This document shows, piece after piece, positions 10,234-20,399 of a stretch of DNA of 64,000 nucleotides (position 1 is the stretch's first letter; each line of letters opens with the position of its first letter). The notes below the pieces were generated by a model. It had not been told where the DNA came from. It worked only from the letters and a program-made list of their open reading frames with translations, and made no database searches. Both the position numbers and the translations under genes were made by a program. Origin of the DNA: Thermoanaerobaculia bacterium (GTDB taxonomy: Bacteria; Acidobacteriota; Thermoanaerobaculia; Multivoradales; Multivoraceae); assembly GCA_963666565.1 (NCBI GenBank), contig OY762911.1, positions 4,288,001-4,352,000 on the forward strand. The letters are read 5' to 3'.

Positions 10234-11007
10234 ATGTCCGAGCCGGTTCTGCTGGTCGAGAAGTCCGAAGGCATCGCCACCCTCACGCTGAACCGTCCAG
10301 GCGTGCTGAACGCCCTCTCGGAGGAGCTGCGCGACCTCCTCGCGCGGACCATCGAGGACCTCCACCAGGACGACGAAATCGGCGTGGTCATCCTGACCGG
10401 CGCCGGCCGCGCCTTCTGCGCCGGCCTCGACCTGAAGGAGATGAGCGATCCGGACCGGAAGCGCCGGTCGATCGCCGACCCGCCGAAGCTGCTCCGTTCG
10501 CTCCATCAACCCGTGATCGGCGCGATCAACGGGATCGCGGTGACCGGCGGCTTCGAGATCGCGCTCTCCTGCGACCTGTTGATCGCGACCCCCGAGGCGC
10601 GCTTCGCCGACACCCACGCCCGGGTCGGCCTGCTCTCCGGCTGGGGCCTCTCGGCGCGGCTGTCGCGGGCCATCGGCCCCGGCCGGGCCAAGGAACTCTC
10701 GCTGACCGGCAACTACCTGTCGGCGGACCGCGCCTGCGAGTGGGGCCTGGTCAACCGGATCGTGCCGCGAGAGGAGCTGCTCCCCACCTGCCGCGCCCTG
10801 GCCGTGGACATGCTGACCTGCCAGCGCGACGTGATGTTCCAGTACAAGCGGATGATCGACCGCGGCTTCGACCTGACCCTCGGCGACGCGATGGACTACG
10901 AGATCGAAGTCAACCGCATGTACCGCGGCCCCAGGCCCGAGGAAGTCGGCGAAAGGCTCGCCGGCATCCGCGCCCGCGGCCGCGCGCAGGCCGAAGACGC
11001 CCGCTAG
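10234..11007 (+). CDS. Enoyl-CoA hydratase/isomerase-family protein
   Basis: TLNRP..LNAL, AFCAGLDL, GGFEIALSCD, FADTHARVG. Confidence 0.9.
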   Translation: MSEPVLLVEKSEGIATLTLNRPGVLNALSEELRDLLARTIEDLHQDDEIGVVILTGAGRAFCAGLDLKEMSDPDRKRRSIADPPKLLRSLHQPVIGAINGIAVTGGFEIALSCDLLIATPEARFADTHARVGLLSGWGLSARLSRAIGPGRAKELSLTGNYLSADRACEWGLVNRIVPREELLPTCRALAVDMLTCQRDVMFQYKRMIDRGFDLTLGDAMDYEIEVNRMYRGPRPEEVGERLAGIRARGRAQAEDAR

Positions 11008-11107
11008 CCGGCGGAGGCGTGTACCCGCCCGGGAGGGGCCAGCGGGGGCTTGCCTCCTGCTGCCGTTCGCGCTTTCTCGAACAAGGGGAGGTCGGCGTCG
11101 GCTCACA

Positions 11108-11162
11108 CTGGGTGCGCCGGCGTCCTCGCCGGCTTCCGGAGAAGACACGCCGCGAAGCGGCG
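11108..11162 (+). repeat. REP-like element (family B) followed by a GCCGCGAAGCGGC hairpin
   Basis: CTGGGTGC-GCCGGCG-TCCT-CGCCGGC. Confidence 0.75.
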
Positions 11163-11183
11163 ACCATGCGGCCGCGGCCCGGT

Positions 11184-12761
11184 CTAACCTTCGGAGGCGG
11201 TCGGCACGTCGAAGTACTTCTCGACGATCCAGTCGGGTTGCCAACGGTCGGGTTCGCGTTCGGTGCCGGTGAGATCGCGGTGCAGCGGGGCCGGGTCGGC
11301 GACGGAGAGCGGCACGGTGTCGCCCATGGCGGTTTGCCAGCCTTCCAGGAGAGCTTCGAGGCGGGTTGCGGTTTCCGCGTGGCCGGGATCGGCGACGAGG
11401 TTCGTCAGTTCGTCGGGGTCTTCGGCGAGATCGAAGAGCTGGCGGTGGTTGACCTTGGGGTACACGATCAGCTTGAAGCGGTCGTCGCGAACGGCGCGCA
11501 TGACGTCGCGGTAGGGCAGGAAGACGCTCCGGCGCCAGGTTGGATCGCCGCCGGACCAGAGGGACGCCAGGTCCCGGCCGTCGATTCCGGACGGCGCCTC
11601 GACGCCCCCGGCTGTGAGCAGGGTCGGGAACAGGTCGTAGAGGTAGGTGAATGCCTCGGTCGCGCCGTGCGGGATGCCCGGGCCGCGGACGATCAGCGGG
11701 CAGCGCATGGAGTGTTCGTAGAGGTTCTGCTTGCCGAGCAGGCCGTGGCTGCCGACGGCGAGGCCGTGGTCGGCGGCGTAGACGACGATCGTGTTCTCCG
11801 CCTGGCCGTTCTCGTCCAGGGCGCCGAGGATGCGTCCAACCTGCTCGTCGAGGTGCGTGATCAGGCCGTAGTACTCGGCGAGCTGGTCCCGGATCGTGCC
11901 CTCGGTGCGCGGCCACGCTGCCAGGTTCTCGTCGCGGAGGATGAGCGCGCCGTTGTCGAAGGGGTGCTGCGGCATGTAGTTCGGCGGCAGCGGCAGGTTG
12001 CGCTGGTAGTAGCGCTCGCGGTACTCCGGCGGCGGCTGGCGCGGATCGTGCGGCGCCGTGAACGGCACGTAGGCGAAGAACGGCTGCTCCGTGCCGCCGC
12101 CGCGCGCCTTGGCCGCCTCGGCCCGCTCGTTCAGGAACTCGATGACCGCGTCGGCGAACAGCTCGCTGGAGAAGGTCTCCCCCACCCGCCGGCGCACCAT
12201 GCCGCCGTTCTCGATGTCCTGAACCTCGGTTCGGGTGTGGTCGGCCATGCCGCCGAGGTAGATCGCCGTGCCCCGGTCGAAGCTCCGCAACAGCGCCTCC
12301 TCGCCGTTGTGCCACTTGCCGGTGATGAACGTCCGGTAGCCCGCAGTCTCCAGCAGCCGGGGCAGGGTCGGCACGCCCTCCATGTCGTTGGGCGAGCGCA
12401 TCCAGCTCCGGCCGGTCAGCACCATCGCCCGGCTCGGAACGCACACGGCGCCGCTGTTCGAGCCGAACACGTAGTTGCGCCGGAAGCTCCACCCTTCCTC
12501 GACCAGACGGTCCAGGTTCGGTGTGTCGATCAGCTCGTTTCCCCAGGCGCCGATCGTGTCGGCGCGCTGATCGTCGGCGAACAGGAACAGGACGTTGGGC
12601 CGCGGCGGCCCCGGGGCTCCGTCGGCGCCGGACCCATCGGTCGGCGGCGCCGCACAGGCGAGGAGTGCGAGACACGCGGCCCACGCCGCCCCGCTCCGGG
12701 CCCGGGAGGCAACATCCCGCGCGCCGCTCCGCCGCCGGCCGTTCAACGGCGAACTCACCAC
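11184..12761 (-). CDS. Sulfatase (choline-sulfatase-like, Cys type), probable lipoprotein
   Basis: PNVLFLFADD, CVPSR formylglycine motif, GKWH, ADHG, GKQNLYE; LALLAC lipobox-like sequence; start uncertain. Confidence 0.9.
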   Translation of the reverse strand: MVSSPLNGRRRSGARDVASRARSGAAWAACLALLACAAPPTDGSGADGAPGPPRPNVLFLFADDQRADTIGAWGNELIDTPNLDRLVEEGWSFRRNYVFGSNSGAVCVPSRAMVLTGRSWMRSPNDMEGVPTLPRLLETAGYRTFITGKWHNGEEALLRSFDRGTAIYLGGMADHTRTEVQDIENGGMVRRRVGETFSSELFADAVIEFLNERAEAAKARGGGTEQPFFAYVPFTAPHDPRQPPPEYRERYYQRNLPLPPNYMPQHPFDNGALILRDENLAAWPRTEGTIRDQLAEYYGLITHLDEQVGRILGALDENGQAENTIVVYAADHGLAVGSHGLLGKQNLYEHSMRCPLIVRGPGIPHGATEAFTYLYDLFPTLLTAGGVEAPSGIDGRDLASLWSGGDPTWRRSVFLPYRDVMRAVRDDRFKLIVYPKVNHRQLFDLAEDPDELTNLVADPGHAETATRLEALLEGWQTAMGDTVPLSVADPAPLHRDLTGTEREPDRWQPDWIVEKYFDVPTASEG

Positions 12762-15565
12762 TCCAGCCGGACGCCGACCTCGAAGCGCCGCGGCTGCCGG
12801 TAGCGCGTCGGCTCGCCCGGGCCGGCGCCCCGCCAGCAGCCCCTGGAGTACGAGCAGACGCTCAGGACCTGCTCGTCGTCCAGCAGGTTGTAGACGGATG
12901 CCATCAGCCTTGCCCGCACCCCGTGTCCGTGTTCACTGTGATGTACGTGGCCGTGATCGTGATCGTCCTCTTCGGCGTCCCCGCCACCGAAGCGGAAGGC
13001 CCGCGACACCTGGAGGTCGATCTTGTGATTCTCGTTCGCCTCCAGGCTGCCGCGCGGCGCCTCGTAGACGCTGCCGTAGGGCGTGCCCCAGTTCCACGGA
13101 GTGTAGACGAACGGCGACGACCAGGTGGCGCCGAATCCCAGGAGGAACTCGGCGGGCAGGCTGACGTGCCCGTGGACCTTGACCCGGTGCCGGCGATGGT
13201 CCGGGAGGAAGCCGTAGCGGTTCTCGTAGTGGTCGGGGTAGATGTCGAAGTCCGAGCCCGTGGCGCCGGTGTAGGCGATGTTGCCCTTCGACTCGGAAAC
13301 GACCCAGGAGGCCGTGATGTGGGCCCTCGACGACCACCTGGTCTCGAAGTCGAGCAGGAAGCCCTGGTAGTCGCGCCTCAGTCCCGGCAGGTTCGCCACT
13401 ACGTAGTGGTCGCAGGCGGAGCCGGCGGACGGCGTCGGCCAGTTGCCGTTGCAGGTGTCCTCGATGATGTCGTGCGTCGCCTTGTCGACGTAGCTCAGCC
13501 CCAGCGACGTCCGCCGCGCGACCTCCACCTCCACGCCCAGGATCGCCTCTTCGGCGAAGGTCGGTTCGAGTTCCGGCTGGACGCGGTTCGGTTCGGCGTA
13601 GAAGGACCAGAACAGGAACCAGCCGAAGGGATCGTGCGCCAGGCGGTCCGCCGTCCAGCCGGGGACCACGTGCCCGCCGATCGACCGGGCGCCCCCCGCC
13701 ACGTCCATGCACTTGTCGGGCGTCACGCGCAGGAAGAGCGCCGAGAACGCCGAACAGGAACGGTAGTAGTTCCAGGGCGTCGTCACCACGCGGGTGAAGC
13801 TCGCCAGCCGCAACGCGCTCGGGTGCATGAAACGGCCCCAACTGGCCCGCACGGCCAGCCGGCCGTTCCCCAGCACGTCCCAGACCGCCCCGAACCGCGG
13901 CTGCAGCTTCGCCAGCGACGCGATCTCGGCGCCGACGTCGTTGTCGAAGCCCACGCCGTCCCGGCGCAGGCCCACCTTGAACGTCAGATCGTGGGTCGGG
14001 CGCCAGGTGTCCTGGAGATAGGTCGTCAGCAACTCGCCCGACGACGGCGACGGCGGCGCGTGCGGCCGCACCAGGTAGCTGTACGGTGCGCCCAGGAAGT
14101 TGTAGAAGACGCCGCCGCCCGTCAGGTTGCTCTGCCTGACGTAGGCCAGGTCGGCGAAGTCCACGCCGAAGCGGACTTCATGGTCGGCGCCGCCGTGGCC
14201 GCTGAACCAGGCGACGCTCGCCGACGCCTCGTCCCGGTCCCTGCTGGAGAACGACAGTCCGGAAGCGTTCACCGAAGCGCCGTAACCGAGGCCGACGTCG
14301 ACGTGGCCGCTCGTGTCGAGGTCGCCGCTCATCGGAGTGGCAGCCGACTCGCCGCGCGACCGCGAGAGGGTCAGCCGCCACTCGAACCGCGAAGCCGTGA
14401 GCCCCATCGCGTCGACGCTGGCGATGCCCGTGTCGCCGTCGCTGCGGCTCGCCGCCTCCGCGGCGGTGAACCGGCTGGCGTTCGCGTTCAGCACCGTCGG
14501 CCGGTCGCCCACCCAGCGGCCCATGACCTGCCACTGCGGGCTCGCCTGCCAGGTGAGCTTGGCGAGGTAGTTGTCCCGGTCGAGCTGGCGCGTCGTCGGC
14601 GACTCGGTCGGGGTTGCCTTGTCCTGGATCCGGCTCAGCGCGCCGAAGTACCAGAGCCGGTCCTGCAGGAACGGTCCGCCGAGCGTGAACGAGGGCTCGG
14701 AGTACTCGAAGATGTCGTCGTCCTTGTCGAAGTGCTCGCCGTTCGTGTTGAAGTTCGTGTCGCGGTAGCGCAGGTCGAAGGTGCCCGAGGTGTCGTTGCC
14801 GCCGGACTTGGTGATCACGTTGATCACGCCGCCCGTCGCGCGGCCGTAGCGCGCCTCGAAGCCGCCCGTCTCGAAGTTGATCTCCTGGATCGCGTCGAAG
14901 TTCAGATGGACCCCGACCGTCGCCGAGACGGGATCGGTCGAATCGACGCTGTCGATGTAGTAGACGTTCTCGGCCTGGGTCGACCCGAAGACGTGGGGAT
15001 TGGCCGAGAGCGGCGCCCGCGTCCCTTCCCGCCGCCGCCGCGACTGCGTCTGGGCCACCCCCGGCGCCTGGGCCAGGACGTTGTAGTAGCGCCGGTTCAG
15101 CGAACCCACCGACGACTCCTGCAGATGCTCGTAGGTGAACGTCTGCGACGTCGAGACCTGCTCCGGATCGACGACCGGCGTCTCGGCCACCACGGTGATC
15201 TCGCCGGCGAACTCGCCGAGCTCCAGGTCCACGTGGATCTCCGTCACCCGGTTGAGCCGCACCTCGACTTCGCTGCGGCGCTGCGGGACGAAGCCCTCGA
15301 GCTCGACGTCCACGGTGTACACGCCGGGCGGAAGGCTGTGGAAGTTGACGCCTCCGTCCGCGTCGCTGAACTCGGTGCGCGTGCCCATCAGGGAAGGCGA
15401 GGCGATGGTGACGGCGGCGCCGGGCAGCGGCGCGTGGTCGGCGTCCTCGATGTGGCCGGCGAGGCGCCCCGTCGGCTGGGCGGACGCGGGCGGGGCGGCG
15501 CCCAGAAGCGCGAGGGACAGAAGGGAGCAGCGAAGGAGGTTCCGGAAACCGGCGAACTCGGTCAT
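12755..15565 (-). CDS. TonB-dependent receptor with N-terminal carboxypeptidase-regulatory-like domain (Oar-like)
   Basis: Signal peptide; PLPGAAVT...LPPGVYTV; FDAIQE..TGGFEARYGRATGGVINVITKSG; GGPFLQDRLWYF; C-terminal VGVRLEW. Confidence 0.88.
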   Translation of the reverse strand: MTEFAGFRNLLRCSLLSLALLGAAPPASAQPTGRLAGHIEDADHAPLPGAAVTIASPSLMGTRTEFSDADGGVNFHSLPPGVYTVDVELEGFVPQRRSEVEVRLNRVTEIHVDLELGEFAGEITVVAETPVVDPEQVSTSQTFTYEHLQESSVGSLNRRYYNVLAQAPGVAQTQSRRRREGTRAPLSANPHVFGSTQAENVYYIDSVDSTDPVSATVGVHLNFDAIQEINFETGGFEARYGRATGGVINVITKSGGNDTSGTFDLRYRDTNFNTNGEHFDKDDDIFEYSEPSFTLGGPFLQDRLWYFGALSRIQDKATPTESPTTRQLDRDNYLAKLTWQASPQWQVMGRWVGDRPTVLNANASRFTAAEAASRSDGDTGIASVDAMGLTASRFEWRLTLSRSRGESAATPMSGDLDTSGHVDVGLGYGASVNASGLSFSSRDRDEASASVAWFSGHGGADHEVRFGVDFADLAYVRQSNLTGGGVFYNFLGAPYSYLVRPHAPPSPSSGELLTTYLQDTWRPTHDLTFKVGLRRDGVGFDNDVGAEIASLAKLQPRFGAVWDVLGNGRLAVRASWGRFMHPSALRLASFTRVVTTPWNYYRSCSAFSALFLRVTPDKCMDVAGGARSIGGHVVPGWTADRLAHDPFGWFLFWSFYAEPNRVQPELEPTFAEEAILGVEVEVARRTSLGLSYVDKATHDIIEDTCNGNWPTPSAGSACDHYVVANLPGLRRDYQGFLLDFETRWSSRAHITASWVVSESKGNIAYTGATGSDFDIYPDHYENRYGFLPDHRRHRVKVHGHVSLPAEFLLGFGATWSSPFVYTPWNWGTPYGSVYEAPRGSLEANENHKIDLQVSRAFRFGGGDAEEDDHDHGHVHHSEHGHGVRARLMASVYNLLDDEQVLSVCSYSRGCWRGAGPGEPTRYRQPRRFEVGVRLEW

Positions 15566-15736
15566 GGGCGATACTCCACGATGAAAGACCGCCAAACCGC
15601 CCGGCCCGCGATGCACCCGAAGCGACGACGGCCGACAAAGCCGACCGGGGACGATACTGCCAGAGACGGGCCCTGCAAGCTACACTGACGGGCCGCCCCT
15701 CCAGCGCAACGACCGACCATAGAGCCGCACTATCCC

Positions 15737-17272
15737 TTGATCCGACGCACTCCCGTTCTGGTCGGCATCGCGCAGGTGCTCCAGCGAGCCGACGATCCGG
15801 CCGACGCCCGGCCGCCGATCGAGTTGATGGTCGAAGCCGTCGACAACGCCCTCGATGATGCGGGAGCGGGCGGCCTGCGCCGGCGGATCGACTCCGTGCG
15901 GGCGATGAAGGGCGTGTGGGGCTACGGGAACCCCGCGCTGATGGTGACCGAGGCGCTGGACATGCCGGGCGCCGAGACCGGGCTCTCCGCGGTCAGCGGC
16001 AACCAGGTGCAGGCGGTCCTCAACCGGAGCGCGCTGGACGTCCAGGCCGGCCGCCGCGAGGCGATCGTGCTCTGCTCGTCCGAGTGCGGCCGCACGATGG
16101 GCCGCGCCGCGAAGGCCGGCCTGGAACTCGACTGGCTCCAGGACGACGATCCGCCGAAGCCGCCGGACGCGAGCTACGGCGACACCCGCTGGACCCGGCA
16201 CGAGATGGAGATGGCGCGCGGCATCCAGCAGGCCGTGCAGTACTACTCCCTGTTCGAGATCGCGCTGCGCCGCCGGAACGGCGAGACCGTGGAAGCGCAC
16301 CGCGCCCGCATCGCCGAGCTCTGGGCGGGTTTCAACCGGGTGGCGCAGGGCAACCCGAACGCCTGGATCAGGAAGCCGCTGACCGCCGGGGACATCGGCA
16401 CGGTGTCGCCCGCCAACCGCGCCGTGACCTACCCCTACCCGAAGCTGATGAACGCGAACATGCGGGTCGACATGGCGGCCGCGCTCGTTCTCTGTTCGCT
16501 CGACCTCGCGCGCTCGCTCGGCGTGCCGGAGTCGAAGATGGTCTTCCCGCTGAGCGGCACGGACGCCGTGGACCACTACTTCGTCTCGGAGCGCGACAAC
16601 CTCCACTCCTCGCCGGCGATCCGGCTGGCCGGACGGAGGGCCCTGGAACTCGCCGGCGTCGAGGTCGCGGACCTCGACTTCGTCGACGTCTACAGTTGCT
16701 TCCCCAGCGCGGTGCAGGTCGCGGCGCGCGAACTCGGCCTGGACCTGGAGCGCCCGCTCTCCGTCACCGGCGGCCTGACCTTCGGCGGCGGGCCGCTCAA
16801 CAGCTACGTGATGCACTCGATCGCCCGCACCGCGGAACTGCTGCGCGAGCGGGACGGCGGCCGCGCCGTGGTGACCGCGAACGGCGGCATGCTGACCAAG
16901 CACTCCTTCGGCGTCTACGGCGCCGCGGAACCGGACCGCCCCTACCGCCACGAGGATATGACGGCGGAGGTTCACGCGCTACCGAAGCGGACCGCCGCCG
17001 CCCGCTACGCGGGCCCGGCCGAGATCGAGTCCTACGCGGTGATGTTCGGGGGAGGCGCCGCGCAGTCGACGAAGTCGTTCCGCTCCGTGTACGGCAACCG
17101 GGCAGCGCCCACCGCCGAACCGTCCGTCGCCCACCTGGCGTGCCGGCTGCCCGACGGCCGGAGGGCCTGGGCCAACGTCGACGATCCCGACACGCTGAGC
17201 GCGATGTGCGAACAGGAGTTCTGCGGCCGGCCCGTCCAGCTCGACGGCGCCGGCGCCGCCGAGTGCCGGTGA
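15737..17272 (+). CDS. Acetyl-CoA acetyltransferase (thiolase-like) family protein with extra C-terminal domain
   Basis: TPVLVGIAQ, PYPKLMNAN.RVD.AAA, DVYSCFPSAVQ, VTGGLTFGGGP.N.Y..HSIA, TANGG.LTKH. Confidence 0.85.
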   Translation: MIRRTPVLVGIAQVLQRADDPADARPPIELMVEAVDNALDDAGAGGLRRRIDSVRAMKGVWGYGNPALMVTEALDMPGAETGLSAVSGNQVQAVLNRSALDVQAGRREAIVLCSSECGRTMGRAAKAGLELDWLQDDDPPKPPDASYGDTRWTRHEMEMARGIQQAVQYYSLFEIALRRRNGETVEAHRARIAELWAGFNRVAQGNPNAWIRKPLTAGDIGTVSPANRAVTYPYPKLMNANMRVDMAAALVLCSLDLARSLGVPESKMVFPLSGTDAVDHYFVSERDNLHSSPAIRLAGRRALELAGVEVADLDFVDVYSCFPSAVQVAARELGLDLERPLSVTGGLTFGGGPLNSYVMHSIARTAELLRERDGGRAVVTANGGMLTKHSFGVYGAAEPDRPYRHEDMTAEVHALPKRTAAARYAGPAEIESYAVMFGGGAAQSTKSFRSVYGNRAAPTAEPSVAHLACRLPDGRRAWANVDDPDTLSAMCEQEFCGRPVQLDGAGAAECR

Positions 17273-19005
17273 TGATCCGCCTCGCCGCGGCGGGACTCGC
17301 CGCGCTGCTGCTGACCGGCTGCCTGGGCCACCCCGCCGCACCGGCCCGCAGCGCGATGTTCGACTACGACCCGGGCGCGGACCCGATCGCCAACCCCGAC
17401 TCGCTGTTCGCGCCGTTCGACCCCGAGCGGGCCGACACCGAGGCCACGATCAACCGCTACTCGCTCGACCAGCCGACGTCGCTCAACCCGCTCTTCATCC
17501 GCGCCTGGACCGACGGCTTCCTCTACCGCCTGCTGTTCGATCCGATCGCTCACCGCGCCCCGGACCTCACCGCGGAGTGGAACCCGGCGATGGTGGACGA
17601 GGTCGAGGAGCTGGAGGGCGGCCTCGTCCACCGCATCAGGCTCCATGCCGGCATGCGCTGGCACGACGGCGCGCCGGTCACCTCCGAGGACGTCCGCTTC
17701 AGTTGGGAGGCGATCGCCGACGACAACGTGCCGGCGGTCGACTACAAGTACAAGGCCGCCGAGATCGAGGACATCCGCGTCATCGACGACATCACCTTCG
17801 ACGTCGTCCACCGGCAGGTCTCGGCGCTCCGCATCGACAACCTCTACTTCCCCGTCGTCCCGGCGCACATCCTGAACGACCCCGAAGAGCGCGCGGCCGA
17901 TCCGACGCTGCGAACCAGCGCCTACTACAACCGCTACCTGCGGGAACTCGGCATCGGCAACGGACCGTTCCGCTTCGTCGAGTGGATCCATGCCGACCGC
18001 GTGGTGGTCGAACGCTGGGAGGACTACCACCACGACAAGCCGCCCATCCGCCGCCAGGCGATCACCACCCACAGCGACCGCAACGCCGCCCTGCTCCAGT
18101 TCCGCAAGGGACAGCTCGACGACATCTGGCTGACCGTCCAGCAGCACGGCAGCCAGACCAACGACGAGGAGTTCCACGCCGCGGGCGTCAAGGCGTGGGG
18201 GCCGCGCTGGATGCAGGCCTACATCGGCTGGCAGCAGGGCGGCAACAACCACTTCTTCGGCGACGTCAGGGTGCGGCGGGCGATGGCCCACGCCTACGAC
18301 GCGGAGCGCGTGCTGCGGCAGGTGAGCTGGAACGTCTACACCCGCTCCAACGGGATGTTCCCGCCGAGCCACTGGAGCCACAACCCGGAGGTCCAGCCGC
18401 TGGAGTACGACCTGGAGAAGGCCGCCGCGTTGCTCGACGAGGCCGGCTGGCTGACCAGCCCCGACGACGGCTGGCGCTACAAGGAGATCGACGGCGAGCA
18501 GGTCCAGTTCCACTTCATGATGAACCTGCCCCAGTCCTTCGTCGACGCCCGCCGCATGGTCGACATCTACCGCGACGACCTGCGCCGCATCGGCGTCTCC
18601 TTCGACACCGAGATCCAGGAGAACGCGAGCCGCTCGCCGCTCCTGATCCAGCACGAGATGATCGCCCACGTCGACACCTACCAGGTCTTCGCCGACCCGG
18701 ACATCTGGCGCAACTTCTTCCACACCGAAGCGATCGACAACGGCCGCAACTACGACAGCTACAGCAACCCCAAGGTCGACGAACTTTTCGACCGCTCCCG
18801 CATGGAACTCGACCGCGACCGCCGCGCCGACCTGCTGCGCGAACTCCAGGCCCACGTCCAGGCCGACCAGCCCGCCCTGTTCCTGTGGAACTACAGCACC
18901 ACCTGGGGCTTCAGCAAGCGGATGCGCGGCGTCGAACTGGGGCCGGCGGGGGTCACCGCGTTCGTTCCCGGGACGCGGGCGTGGTGGGTCGAGAAGGATG
19001 ACTGA
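17272..19005 (+). CDS. ABC transporter family-5 (peptide/nickel) substrate-binding lipoprotein
   Basis: Lipobox LLLTGC; WHDGAPVTSEDVRFSW; GNGPFRF; FGDVRVRRAMAHA; NYDSYSNPKVDEL. Confidence 0.88.
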   Translation: MIRLAAAGLAALLLTGCLGHPAAPARSAMFDYDPGADPIANPDSLFAPFDPERADTEATINRYSLDQPTSLNPLFIRAWTDGFLYRLLFDPIAHRAPDLTAEWNPAMVDEVEELEGGLVHRIRLHAGMRWHDGAPVTSEDVRFSWEAIADDNVPAVDYKYKAAEIEDIRVIDDITFDVVHRQVSALRIDNLYFPVVPAHILNDPEERAADPTLRTSAYYNRYLRELGIGNGPFRFVEWIHADRVVVERWEDYHHDKPPIRRQAITTHSDRNAALLQFRKGQLDDIWLTVQQHGSQTNDEEFHAAGVKAWGPRWMQAYIGWQQGGNNHFFGDVRVRRAMAHAYDAERVLRQVSWNVYTRSNGMFPPSHWSHNPEVQPLEYDLEKAAALLDEAGWLTSPDDGWRYKEIDGEQVQFHFMMNLPQSFVDARRMVDIYRDDLRRIGVSFDTEIQENASRSPLLIQHEMIAHVDTYQVFADPDIWRNFFHTEAIDNGRNYDSYSNPKVDELFDRSRMELDRDRRADLLRELQAHVQADQPALFLWNYSTTWGFSKRMRGVELGPAGVTAFVPGTRAWWVEKDD

Positions 19006-19378
19006 ATGGCCGCCCGTGGACCCGTTCGTCGCCGCGGCGGCGTATCGCAGTCTTCGTCGCGTCGAATGGGATGACTCGGAAGAGGAGAACGGAACGATGG
19101 TGCTGCTGGTCCGCAACCGCGTGAAGGACATCGACCACTGGAAGCGCATCTTCGACGAGCAGGAGGCCGCCGGCATGGCCGCCGGCCTGTCCGTCAGGCA
19201 AGTCTGGCGCTCGGCCGACAGGGCGGACGAGGTGTTCTTCATCCTCGGCGTCGAGGACCGCGCGAAGGCCGAGGCGTACATGGCGACGCCTGAAGCCGCC
19301 GCGGTCGGCGAGGAGGCGGGCGCGATCGAGGGGGAGTACTGGTTCCTGGAGGAGTTCTCGGCAACCAAGGAAGGTTGA
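18998..19378 (+). CDS. Small dimeric alpha/beta-barrel (cyclase/ABM-like) protein
   Basis: VRNRVKDIDHWKRIFD...VWRSAD...EVFFIL..EDRAKAEAY pattern; an alternative start at 19097 is possible. Confidence 0.6.
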   Translation: MTEWPPVDPFVAAAAYRSLRRVEWDDSEEENGTMVLLVRNRVKDIDHWKRIFDEQEAAGMAAGLSVRQVWRSADRADEVFFILGVEDRAKAEAYMATPEAAAVGEEAGAIEGEYWFLEEFSATKEG

Positions 19379-19453
19379 GCCGGGCCGGGATCTGCTGGCG
19401 GGATCCGGCGCCACCGCAGCGAGGCGCGGCAACGGCGCTATCCTTCCGCCGAA

Positions 19454-19726
19454 GTGGCCGCCCCCACGATCTTCGAGACCTGCCAACCCCGCGAGGACAT
19501 CCTCCGCGGAGCCGTGACCGATGCCGATTTCGCGGCCGACCTGGCGTCGGTCGTACTTCGCCGCTTCTGCGCGTTTCCAACGGGCGTTCAGGTGCTCGTC
19601 GAGAGCCATAGCGACCACGTCCTGAATGGCATCCGGCGCGCCGCCAAAGCAGGGGTCCTGGAGCCGGAGGACGCAGCGCTCCAGGGCGCCGCGGGCGGCC
19701 CGGCGCTCGCTGTCTGGTCCTGCTGA
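19454..19726 (+). pseudogene. Chimeric remnant: DUF499-ATPase N-terminus fused to an AAA/DUF3696-type fragment
   Basis: PTIFETCQPREDIL.GAV.DADFAADLASV then GVQVLVESHSDHVLNGIRRA; both are small pieces of normally much larger proteins; recognised by eye. Confidence 0.6.
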
Positions 19727-19737
19727 CCGCGACACCG

Positions 19738-20370
19738 ATGCAGGTCCATCCGGAGCAGCGCATCGGCCGCATCGACCGCCTGGGCCAGCGGAGTCCGACG
19801 ATCCAGATCGTAAACCTGCACTACGACGACACTGTGGAGACCGACGTGTACCAGGCGCTGCGGGAACGCATCGGCTTTTTCAAGGCCGTCGTCGGCCGAC
19901 TGCAACCGATCCTGGCGAAGTTGCCACGCTCGATCACGGCGGAAGTTCTCGCCGGCCGGGCCTCCACCGACTCCCTCGCCCACCGCCTGGAAGGGCAGAT
20001 CGACGAAGCGCAGGCCGGCGGCTTCGATCTCGACGAAGTGCTCGAAGAAGACCTGGAGATGCCAGTCCTCCCTGAATCGCCCCTGACCATGGCCGACCTC
20101 GACCGCGTCATCTCACGGCCCGACCTGATGCCTCCCGGCGTCGAAGTGCAGCCGATGGGGCCGCGCGAGTACAGCCTCGCGGCACGCGGGATGCGGGAGG
20201 CGCTCAGGGTGACGACAGACCCGGCGTACTACGAGGACCATTCGGAGAGTATGGAGCTGTGGTCGCCGGGGAATCCGCTGTTCCAGGCACCGCAGGATCT
20301 CGGAGAAGATGACGCCGCCCCCGAAGGCCCGCCGCCCGTCTCCCTGCTGGACCTCCTGGACGCCGGATAG
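19738..20370 (+). pseudogene. C-terminal fragment of a SNF2-family helicase
   Basis: EQRIGRIDRLGQ (motif VI) and IVNLHYDDTVETDVY; all upstream helicase motifs are missing. Confidence 0.75.
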
Positions 20371-20399
20371 TCGAGGCGACTCGGGGCGGTCGTCCGGGC

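Noticed and set aside
15916-17271. Fusion-like long ORFs (15916-19005, 23404-25284, 28605-30302, 38967-42194)
   Set aside because: Open upstream frames overlapping neighbouring genes; real starts are internal, marked by lipoboxes or family N-termini.
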